DNA from: Nanopusillaceae archaeon
GTDB taxonomy: Archaea > Nanobdellota > Nanobdellia > Nanobdellales > Nanobdellaceae
DNA: 16,535 bases
Direction: 5' to 3'
Assembly (NCBI GenBank): GCA_049974095.1
Contig: JBMFJD010000014.1
Location: forward strand, 1 to 16,535
Below are positions 7,250-13,662 of this stretch, piece by piece. A model generated the notes under the pieces. It was given only the letters and a program-made list of their open reading frames with translations, was not told the DNA's origin and did no database searches. The position numbers and the translations under genes are program-made. The first letter of the stretch is position 1; each line of letters opens with the position of its first letter.

Positions 7250-7939
7250 ATGGTAGATATAAAATGGATAGGACATGCCTGTTTTTTAATAAAAGGAAGC
7301 TATGGAAATATATTAATTGACCCATTTATATATGAAAATCCTGTAGCAAAATATAATAAAGAAGATCTAGAAGATATAGATTTAATTTTAATAACTCATG
7401 GGCACAGTGATCATATAGGAAATGCTATAGAAATTGCAGAAAAAAATAATGCAACAATAATTGGTATATATGAATTAACAAGATATCTGGGAAAATTTGG
7501 AGTAAAAACAATTGGAATGAATTTTGGAGGAAGATATATACATAATAATATTGAAATATATTTATTTCCAGCAATTCATTCATCAGGATTTATTGATGAT
7601 CAAGATAATATAATTTATTTAGGAGAACCTGGAAGCTTTGTAATTAAAATTGATGATAGAATAATATATCATGCTGGAGATACAATGGTATTCGAAGATA
7701 TGAAATTAATACCAAAAATTGTTGGAAATATCGATTTAGCATTATTGCCAATTGGAGGACATTTTACAATGGATGTGGAGCAAGCATTAATTGCAATAGA
7801 ATATTTAAAACCAAAAAAAGTTATTCCAATGCATTATAATACATGGAACATGATAAAAGCAAATCCATATGAATTAAAAGAGAAAGCAAAAGATACTGAG
7901 GTGATAATATTAGAACCAAGTGGAGAAATCGAAATTTAA
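7250..7939 (+). CDS. Metallo-beta-lactamase-fold metal-dependent hydrolase (UPF0173 family)
   Basis: The motifs IKWIGHACFLIKG, ILIDPF, LILITHGHSDHIGNA, YHAGDT, LALLPIGGHFTM and VIPMHYNTW match the conserved UPF0173/MBL pattern throughout. Confidence 0.85.
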   Translation: MVDIKWIGHACFLIKGSYGNILIDPFIYENPVAKYNKEDLEDIDLILITHGHSDHIGNAIEIAEKNNATIIGIYELTRYLGKFGVKTIGMNFGGRYIHNNIEIYLFPAIHSSGFIDDQDNIIYLGEPGSFVIKIDDRIIYHAGDTMVFEDMKLIPKIVGNIDLALLPIGGHFTMDVEQALIAIEYLKPKKVIPMHYNTWNMIKANPYELKEKAKDTEVIILEPSGEIEI

Positions 7940-8684
7940 TGCTTTAGAAGCATTAAAAAATAGTTTTATATTTTATTATAAAAATTTTTTTAATATTTTA
8001 ATAATTTATTTACCATTTTTTATTCCTAATTTAATTTTATCTCTATTCTTTAAAGTTAATTATAAAAATTTGCTATCTTTAAATATCTATATTCTAGAAT
8101 ATTTACTTCTTTTACTTTTAATTTCAATAATTATTTATCCATTTGAAAAAATAACAATATATCTTTATTTTTATAATAAAAATATTAAAGAAGCATATAA
8201 GGAATCATCAAAATATTATTTTGGTATTTTATTCATTTATATAATTTTCTTACTAATTTCTTCTTCCCTTATTATTTTATCTTTAATACTTTCACTTATT
8301 TTTTCTTTCCCAATATTTATTCTAACAGAAAATTTTTCTCTTGTTTTTTATTCAATAATCTTTTTATTTATAATTTTTTCAATTATTTCTTTAATAATTA
8401 CAAATAAATTTTTCTTATCACCACTAATATATATTTTTAGAAGAAAAATTGTTTTCAGATCTTTAAAAGAATCCTGGAAGATAATAAATATAAAAAATGC
8501 TACAAAAATATTTCTAATACAATTAATATTTTATTCTATTGCAATAATTATATTAATTTTACAACAAATATTAAATATACATTTATATTTAAAGATCCTT
8601 TATGTATTTATTTCTACATTTTTCCTAATACCAATTGGAGGAATATTTTCCTTATATATTTATCAACAATATCAAGATAAATAA
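7920..8684 (+). CDS. Polytopic membrane protein of unknown function (GTG start)
   Basis: 254 aa with an N-terminal amphipathic segment (FNALEALKNSFIFYYKN) followed by many hydrophobic spans. The architecture resembles the 1036..2347 paralogues, but homology is not demonstrable by eye. There is no in-frame ATG anywhere in the ORF. GTG at 7920 is the only canonical start after the in-frame stop at 7911..7913. Confidence 0.55.
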   Translation: MEKSKFNALEALKNSFIFYYKNFFNILIIYLPFFIPNLILSLFFKVNYKNLLSLNIYILEYLLLLLLISIIIYPFEKITIYLYFYNKNIKEAYKESSKYYFGILFIYIIFLLISSSLIILSLILSLIFSFPIFILTENFSLVFYSIIFLFIIFSIISLIITNKFFLSPLIYIFRRKIVFRSLKESWKIINIKNATKIFLIQLIFYSIAIIILILQQILNIHLYLKILYVFISTFFLIPIGGIFSLYIYQQYQDK

Positions 8685-9154
8685 CCTTCAAATCTTAATA
8701 ATTTTTCCTTAAATTCTTTTCCTAAAGGTGTATATTCTCCTATATTTTTATTACTTTTTATTACTCTATGACATGGTATTAAAATTATAAACGGATTATT
8801 TTTTAATGCTCTAATTATATTTATATAACTTAATCCTGTTTTTTCTTTTAATTCCTTATAACTAATTACTTTACCCTTTTCTATTTTTAATATTTCTTCA
8901 TATACTTCATTAAATTTATATTTAGATAAATTAAAACTAAATTTCTCCCCATTTAATACTTTTTCGATTCTTTCTTCAAAAAATTTATCTAATTTTTCAT
9001 CAAAAAATAAATCTCCATCTAAATTATGAAATATTGCTATACTTTTTAATTGCTCAATTAATTTTTCTTGATCTTTATTTAATGAATATGCTAATACTTT
9101 CCCCTCCTTTATTATATATCCTGAATAAAATTCTTCTCCTAGTATTTTAATCAT
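8672..9154 (-). CDS. ogt: Methylated-DNA--protein-cysteine methyltransferase (O6-alkylguanine-DNA alkyltransferase)
   Basis: The active-site motif IPCHRVI is followed by G.Y..G, and a helix-turn-helix region ISYKELKEKTG lies upstream. At 160 aa the size is typical of archaeal Ogt. The ATG directly abuts the bcp stop (TAGATG at 9152..9157). Confidence 0.85.
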   Translation of the reverse strand: MIKILGEEFYSGYIIKEGKVLAYSLNKDQEKLIEQLKSIAIFHNLDGDLFFDEKLDKFFEERIEKVLNGEKFSFNLSKYKFNEVYEEILKIEKGKVISYKELKEKTGLSYINIIRALKNNPFIILIPCHRVIKSNKNIGEYTPLGKEFKEKLLRFEGYLS

Positions 9155-9592
9155 CTAGCTATTTTCTTTTATAATTTCTAATGATTTATATGCATGTTCT
9201 TTTGCATTTGATAATGATTTTAATATTGATATTATATTCATATTTTTATCAATAATAAATGTTATTCTTGTTGCTCCTTTTCCTCTTCCTTTTGCATTAT
9301 ACAAATTTATTATTTTTAATTCTGGATCTGCTATTAATGGAAATTGTGCACCATATTTTTCTGCAAATTTCTTTTGAGTATCTAATTTATCATTACTAAC
9401 TCCTATTATTTCTGTATTATATTTTCTAAATTCTTCATATAATTCTACAAATCTTTTCAATTCTTGAGTACATCCGGATGTAAATGCTTTAGGATAAAAA
9501 TATAAAACTACGAAATTTTTTTGCTTTAATATTTCTGATAATTTTATTTTTCCTTTTGTAGATTCAGCTTCAAAATCTAATGCTTTTTCCAT
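9155..9592 (-). CDS. bcp: Peroxiredoxin, BCP/PrxQ subfamily (single-Cys form)
   Basis: VVLYFYPKAFTSGCTQE contains the peroxidatic Cys. IIGVSNDKLDTQKKFAEKY is also present. At 145 aa and with only one Cys, it fits the single-Cys BCP form. Confidence 0.85.
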   Translation of the reverse strand: MEKALDFEAESTKGKIKLSEILKQKNFVVLYFYPKAFTSGCTQELKRFVELYEEFRKYNTEIIGVSNDKLDTQKKFAEKYGAQFPLIADPELKIINLYNAKGRGKGATRITFIIDKNMNIISILKSLSNAKEHAYKSLEIIKENS

Positions 9593-9622
9593 TAATTAAT
9601 ATTAAAAAATATATTAAAAAGC

Positions 9623-10294
9623 CTATTGTTTTACTTCTTTATATGTAAACCACCAATCAAACCCATCTAATTCTTTTTTATTTATCTTTTCTAATCTTTC
9701 CATAGCTTCTTCTATTTTATCTGATGGTGGAATTATTACTTTATTTCCTATAATTTCATTATTTGGCCAATTTGCTGGAATTGCTACATTATACTTATCT
9801 GCTATCTGTAAAGCCTTTACCATTCTTAATATTTCATCAATATTTCTACCTAATTCTTGTGGATAATATAATATTGCTCTAATTGTTCCTTCTGGATCTA
9901 TAACAAATACTGCTCTTACAGTATTTGTTCCTTTTTCAGGATGAATCATTCCATATAAACTTGCAACTTTTCCTTGATCATCTGCAATAATTGGAAATTC
10001 TATTTCTTCTTTTAATTTTTCTTTTATCCATTCTATCCACTTTATATGAGCGTATACTTGATCTATAGACAATCCTATTAATTCTGTATTTAATTTTTTA
10101 AATTCTTCATATCTTTTTTGAAATGCATAAAATTCTGTAGTACATACTGGCGTAAAATCTGCTGGATGACTAAACAATACTACCCATTTTCCCTTATAAT
10201 CTTCCGGAAACTTTATTTTTCCTTTTGTAGTTATTGCTTCAAAAGATGGCGCTTTTTCTCCAATTCTTGGTATAGATCTAATTTCTCTTTCCAT
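9623..10294 (-). CDS. Archaeal-type 1-Cys peroxiredoxin (Prx6 subfamily)
   Basis: The motifs [41 protein letters not shown] and PANWP are present, along with the long C-terminal arm typical of this subfamily. The protein has a single Cys. Confidence 0.9.
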   Translation of the reverse strand: MEREIRSIPRIGEKAPSFEAITTKGKIKFPEDYKGKWVVLFSHPADFTPVCTTEFYAFQKRYEEFKKLNTELIGLSIDQVYAHIKWIEWIKEKLKEEIEFPIIADDQGKVASLYGMIHPEKGTNTVRAVFVIDPEGTIRAILYYPQELGRNIDEILRMVKALQIADKYNVAIPANWPNNEIIGNKVIIPPSDKIEEAMERLEKINKKELDGFDWWFTYKEVKQ

Positions 10295-10313
10295 AATATA
10301 ATATTTATAGTAA

Positions 10314-10325
10314 CAATTATAAACT
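10314..10325 (-). promoter_or_regulatory. TATA-like box (reverse strand core TTTATAA) for the 1-Cys prx gene
   Basis: The core at 10317..10323 is centred 26 nt upstream of the start codon at 10294. Confidence 0.3.
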
Positions 10326-10331
10326 TTATAG

Positions 10332-10344
10332 TACGAAATTAGTA
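10332..10344. promoter_or_regulatory. Imperfect 6-1-6 palindrome TACGAA-A-TTAGTA; candidate operator shared with the sod promoter
   Basis: It differs at one arm position from the perfect sod site TACGAA-T-TTCGTA (13274..13286). It is centred 44 nt upstream of the prx start, compared with 46 nt for sod. It abuts the lrp TATA-like box. Confidence 0.35.
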
Positions 10345-10355
10345 AAATATATAAG
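10344..10355 (+). promoter_or_regulatory. TATA-like box (AAAATATATAAG) for the Lrp/AsnC gene
   Basis: It is centred about 28 nt upstream of the ATG at 10378. Confidence 0.3.
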
Positions 10356-10377
10356 ATTTTCAGTATAATAAAATATT

Positions 10378-10809
10378 ATGAAAAAATCAAAAATTGATGA
10401 TATAGATATAAAAATAATAAAATTATTAGAAAGAAATTCTAGAATATCAAATATGGAAATAGCTAGAAAATTAAATTTATCTGAAGGAGCTATAAGAAAA
10501 AGAATAGATAAATTAATAAAAATGAAAGTTATAAAGAGATTTTCTGCAATAATAAATTATAATTTATTAGGATATAAAATATGCTGGATAGGATTAAATA
10601 TAGAGAAAAATAAAATAGTTGATGTAATAAATAAAATACCTATAAATGATAATATAAAAGGAATATTTTTAACTTATGGAGATCATGATATCATTATAGA
10701 ATATATATACAAAGAAAATAAAGAGCTAGAAGATTATTTAAATAAAATAAGAGAAATAAGCGAAATAAAAGAAATATGGCCTGCAGTATCAATAGAAAGA
10801 ATTTACTAA
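10378..10809 (+). CDS. Lrp/AsnC-family transcriptional regulator
   Basis: The N-terminal HTH DDIDIKIIKLLERNSRISNMEIARKLNLSEGAIRKRIDKLIKMKVIKRF is followed by a RAM-type C-terminal domain. The size is 143 aa. Confidence 0.85.
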   Translation: MKKSKIDDIDIKIIKLLERNSRISNMEIARKLNLSEGAIRKRIDKLIKMKVIKRFSAIINYNLLGYKICWIGLNIEKNKIVDVINKIPINDNIKGIFLTYGDHDIIIEYIYKENKELEDYLNKIREISEIKEIWPAVSIERIY

Positions 10810-10816
10810 TTTTTTA

Positions 10817-10831
10817 CCTATAGGTACGTAC
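10817..10831. promoter_or_regulatory. Two abutting 8-nt palindromes CCTATAGG / GTACGTAC upstream of the 2-Cys prx TATA-like box
   Basis: Both are perfect self-complementary octamers sharing G10824. They are centred about 40-45 nt upstream of the ATG at 10869. They are among the few C/G-containing stretches in this intergenic region. Confidence 0.3.
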
Positions 10832-10837
10832 ATCATA

Positions 10838-10849
10838 CTTTATAAAAAT
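10838..10849 (+). promoter_or_regulatory. TATA-like box (CTTTATAAAAAT) for the 2-Cys prx gene
   Basis: It is centred 25-26 nt upstream of the ATG at 10869. Confidence 0.35.
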
Positions 10850-10868
10850 ATAATTCAATATACTATTT

Positions 10869-11501
10869 ATGGAAGCAACATTACAACAAACAATAAAAAT
10901 AATAGGAGTAGGGGATAAAGTACCAGAATTAAAGATAAACGTATACGATCCTGTAGATAAAAAGTTCAAAGTAATAGATATATATAAAGATATATTAAAT
11001 AAGGGGAAATTTTTAGTATTATTCTATTATCCAGCAGACTTTACTTTTGTATGTCCAACAGAATTAGAAGATTTAGCAGAAAAATATGAAGAAATAAAGA
11101 AAGAAGGAGCAGAAGTAATTTCTATGTCTACAGATACTGTATATACACATCTAGCATGGCACGCAACGGAAAAATTATTGGAAAATGTAAGATATCCAAT
11201 GGGAGAAGATCATAATGGAAATATAGCAAAAATGTTCAATATATATGATTATAATTCTGGAGTTTCATATAGAGCAACAATTATAATAGATCCTGATGGA
11301 AAGATTGTTGCAATGGAGATACATTCTAATGATGTGGGAAGAGATGCTGATGAATTATTAAGAAAAATAGAAGCATTTAAATATGTAAGAGAGCATCCTG
11401 GAGAAGTATGTCCAGCAAAATGGGGTAAGGAGGTAAATGTAACATTAAGACCAGGAGAAAACTTAGTAGGAAAAGTATATGAATATTATAAAAGAAAATA
11501 G
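10869..11501 (+). CDS. ahpC: Typical 2-Cys peroxiredoxin (AhpC/Prx1 subfamily)
   Basis: FLVLFYYPADFTFVCPTE contains the peroxidatic Cys. The C-terminal HPGEVCPAKW contains the resolving Cys. The protein is 210 aa. Confidence 0.9.
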   Translation: MEATLQQTIKIIGVGDKVPELKINVYDPVDKKFKVIDIYKDILNKGKFLVLFYYPADFTFVCPTELEDLAEKYEEIKKEGAEVISMSTDTVYTHLAWHATEKLLENVRYPMGEDHNGNIAKMFNIYDYNSGVSYRATIIIDPDGKIVAMEIHSNDVGRDADELLRKIEAFKYVREHPGEVCPAKWGKEVNVTLRPGENLVGKVYEYYKRK

Positions 11502-12203
11502 TTAATAGAGAAGATATAACAATATTTTTTTCAGCACCATCTCCAAATCTCTTTTTGGTAGACCTAGTAAACTATATATAACATCTTCATGAATTAATAT
11601 ATCTTTTACTTCTATCTTATCTACTCCTACGTAAAATATTCTAATATCTCTTCCATATTTATTTTCCATTTCTGGTGATGAAACAAAAATAGCTGTTGGT
11701 GGAATATTTTTTGTTTGAATATATTGAACAGTAGTAAAACCTGAAACATATGAAATAAAGATAGCCTCTCTTAAAAGTTGCAAAAAAACTTCGAAAAAAG
11801 AATCGTTTTTAAATAAACTATTTATGCTATTTATATAACTCCTTCTCTTATATTCTATGCTATAAACTCTTTTATAATCTTTATTAAAAGCTCCATAATC
11901 TGATTCTAGTATATATGGTCTTTCTTTATTTATAGATACCCAAGAATATTTTCCACTTTTTAAAATGATTGTTCTATAATCTTTTCCCCCATCATGATGT
12001 CTTCCTATTACAACATAACCATCGCATCCTATAAAATCACTAGAAGAGCATTTTTTAATAATAATCTTATCTAGAGGTATCATATTCTCATTATTCCTTA
12101 TATAATTATGGAAATTTATTCTTCCTTCGCATTCATCAGAAGAACTTTCGATCGGAAAAATTCTCTGAGAATCTATTATTTCTTCCAGCTCCACCTCCTT
12201 CAT
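11502..12203 (-). CDS. Hypothetical cytoplasmic protein (233 aa) with an N-terminal Cys/His cluster and a C-terminal D-x11-E-V-K motif
   Basis: The long ORF has no TM span or signal peptide. Its ATG overlaps the stop of orf135 (ATGA at 12200..12203). Potential metal-binding residues are C25, H32, C52, C60, H69 and H70. The segment GRDIRIFYVGVDKIEVKD (D186...E198-V-K200, nt 11604..11648) is present. I recognised no family. Confidence 0.6.
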   Translation of the reverse strand: MKEVELEEIIDSQRIFPIESSSDECEGRINFHNYIRNNENMIPLDKIIIKKCSSSDFIGCDGYVVIGRHHDGGKDYRTIILKSGKYSWVSINKERPYILESDYGAFNKDYKRVYSIEYKRRSYINSINSLFKNDSFFEVFLQLLREAIFISYVSGFTTVQYIQTKNIPPTAIFVSSPEMENKYGRDIRIFYVGVDKIEVKDILIHEDVIYSLLGLPKRDLEMVLKKILLYLLY

Positions 12204-12607
12204 TCATTTATTTTTTTATAAAAGTTTAATAATATATCTTCGATACTTTTAAAAACTCTAGAGTAAATCTTATTTATATTTGGGCTCTCAATTACCCATC
12301 TTGAATACTTAAATTTTCCACCAGACATAATAAAAGTATATATAAAATATTTTACCTTATTATTATCTTCTCTTTCATATACTTTTATTACTCCACCTCC
12401 AGAATAATTTTTATTCTCATCTCCAAATATTATACGAATATATAAAGATTCATTCCTTTTGATCATTTCCTTTATATAATTTTCTATTCCTTTTTCTTCA
12501 TATTCTCTAATAATATTTTCCAATTTTTCTTCTTTTCTTATTTTTATTTTTATTTCTTTATTATCAATAACATATTCTATTCCTTTCGGATCTTCTTCTA
12601 TATACAT
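12200..12607 (-). CDS. Hypothetical cytoplasmic protein (135 aa), no Cys or His
   Basis: The ORF starts 9 nt after the sod stop on the same strand. It has a charged helical N-terminal half (EKLENIIREYEEKGIENYIKEMIKR) and a beta-like C-terminal half with two SGG motifs (YSGGGVIKVY, MSGGKFKYS). I recognised no family. Confidence 0.6.
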   Translation of the reverse strand: MYIEEDPKGIEYVIDNKEIKIKIRKEEKLENIIREYEEKGIENYIKEMIKRNESLYIRIIFGDENKNYSGGGVIKVYEREDNNKVKYFIYTFIMSGGKFKYSRWVIESPNINKIYSRVFKSIEDILLNFYKKINE

Positions 12608-12616
12608 AATAAAGAA

Positions 12617-13234
12617 TTATACTTTAAGTTTATCAAATCTAGCCTCTACTACCTTCCAGTCTATATTATCAAAGAAAACATCTACATATCCTTTCCTATT
12701 ACTTCCATAATCTAAATAATATGCATGCTCAAATACATCTAATGCTAATATTAATTTAGAATTCTGGACCATATATGTATTTTGTTCATCAGAAATAGAA
12801 ATTACCAATTTATTTAAATCATCTGACCATAATAACCATGCCCATCCTCTTGCTGCCATAGCAGTTGCTTTCATTTCTTTTACGAATTTATCAAATAATC
12901 CAAAATCTTTATCTATTTGCGTTCCTAATGCTCCACCAGGTTTTCCGCCTTCACCCCCTAGATGTCCAAAATATATTTCATGATTTATCATTCCTCCAAA
13001 AGCTCTGGTCCATTCTACTTTTAATTCTCTTATCAATGAATATGTAACATTTGCTGCATTATAATCTTCATCTGTTAGACTTTCTAACTTTTGACTTATT
13101 TCGTTATATTTTTTTACATATCCTTCATATATTTTCAAATGTTCTTCAATTGTTTTTGCAGAAATTCCTTTCATTTGAAATAATTGTGGTCTTTCTTTCC
13201 TAAAATCTATTGATTTTCTCTCAACAAATACCAT
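12617..13234 (-). CDS. sod: Fe/Mn superoxide dismutase
   Basis: The C-terminal signature DVFEHAYYLDYGSNRKGYV carries the Asp and His ligands. GGMINHEIYF and EEHLKIYEGYV supply the other two His ligands. The protein is 205 aa. Confidence 0.9.
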   Translation of the reverse strand: MVFVERKSIDFRKERPQLFQMKGISAKTIEEHLKIYEGYVKKYNEISQKLESLTDEDYNAANVTYSLIRELKVEWTRAFGGMINHEIYFGHLGGEGGKPGGALGTQIDKDFGLFDKFVKEMKATAMAARGWAWLLWSDDLNKLVISISDEQNTYMVQNSKLILALDVFEHAYYLDYGSNRKGYVDVFFDNIDWKVVEARFDKLKV

Positions 13235-13255
13235 AAATTATTATATATAACAATG

Positions 13256-13265
13256 TTTTATAAAT
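13256..13265 (-). promoter_or_regulatory. TATA-like box (palindromic core TTTATAAA) for sod
   Basis: The core at 13257..13264 is centred 26-27 nt upstream of the sod start at 13234. Confidence 0.3.
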
Positions 13266-13270
13266 TTCTT

Positions 13271-13289
13271 ATATACGAATTTCGTATAT
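13271..13289. promoter_or_regulatory. Perfect 9-1-9 inverted repeat ATATACGAA-T-TTCGTATAT; candidate operator upstream of sod
   Basis: I read it directly and checked the arms for exact reverse complementarity. It lies just upstream of the TATA-like box and is centred 46 nt from the sod start. It contains two CG dinucleotides in an otherwise nearly pure A/T intergenic region. Confidence 0.45.
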
Positions 13290-13398
13290 CCAAAATTATT
13301 TTTTTATAAAAATAAAAGATCAAATTTCATTTTTTATTATCTATAAAAAATATATTCCTTTTATTATCTAATCTATAGTTTATATAAATTAAATATAT

Positions 13399-13410
13399 AA
13401 AAAATAAAAG
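13399..13410 (-). terminator. Oligo-T tract (reverse strand CTTTTATTTTTT) just downstream of the histone gene
   Basis: It begins 6 nt after the histone stop codon (13416..13418). Archaeal intrinsic termination uses oligo-T runs. The AT-rich background lowers specificity. Confidence 0.3.
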
Positions 13411-13415
13411 AGATT

Positions 13416-13643
13416 TTATAAGCCTCTTAATTCTCTAATTGCTAACCTTATATCATCTTCATGAACTGTCTTTCTTCCTGCGTGTTTTGATAATTCTACT
13501 GCTCTTTCAGCTATTGCATCTGCAACTTGCAATACAGCTTCTACCATTGCTAATTTTGCATCTTGTCCTATCCTAGATGCACCTGCCTTCCTCAAAACTC
13601 TGTATAGTGGTGCTACTGGAATTGGTGTTGTTCTTTTTGCCAT
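13416..13643 (-). CDS. Archaeal histone (histone-fold DNA-binding protein)
   Basis: The 75-aa sequence IPVAPLYRVLRKAGASRIGQDAKLAMVEAVLQVADAIAERAVELSKHAGRKTVHEDDIRLAIREL matches the HMf-type pattern, including HAGRKT. It has a short basic N-terminal extension, MAKRTT. Confidence 0.9.
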   Translation of the reverse strand: MAKRTTPIPVAPLYRVLRKAGASRIGQDAKLAMVEAVLQVADAIAERAVELSKHAGRKTVHEDDIRLAIRELRGL

Positions 13644-13662
13644 AATATTATTATTAGCAAAG

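Noticed and set aside
10118-10342. 74-aa plus-strand ORF reaching into the prx/lrp intergenic region
   Set aside because: It is mostly antisense to the strongly supported 1-Cys peroxiredoxin. The odd Cys/Trp/Phe-rich sequence looks like a shadow frame, and it would run across the promoter elements.
11502-12203. Calling orf233 a NucS/EndoMS or Hjc orthologue
   Set aside because: The length and the D...ExK spacing are reminiscent of these proteins. However, the region after ExK is too short (about 33 aa), the NucS Q/Y and GILVAPS-type motifs are absent, and the N-terminal similarity is only a vague pattern. I kept this only as a fold-level hypothesis.
9509-12890. Additional TACGAA half-sites inside coding regions (9509..9514 in bcp, 12881..12886 in sod)
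   Set aside because: These are half-sites only, with no matching inverted arm. My rough composition-based expectation for this hexamer on both strands of the window is several occurrences, so they carry no information.
13332-13370. 12-nt direct repeat TTTTATTATCTA (13332..13343 and 13359..13370) in the sod-histone intergenic region
   Set aside because: It is pure A/T low-complexity sequence with one C, so such repeats are expected by chance here. It has no palindromic structure and no positional relation to a start codon.
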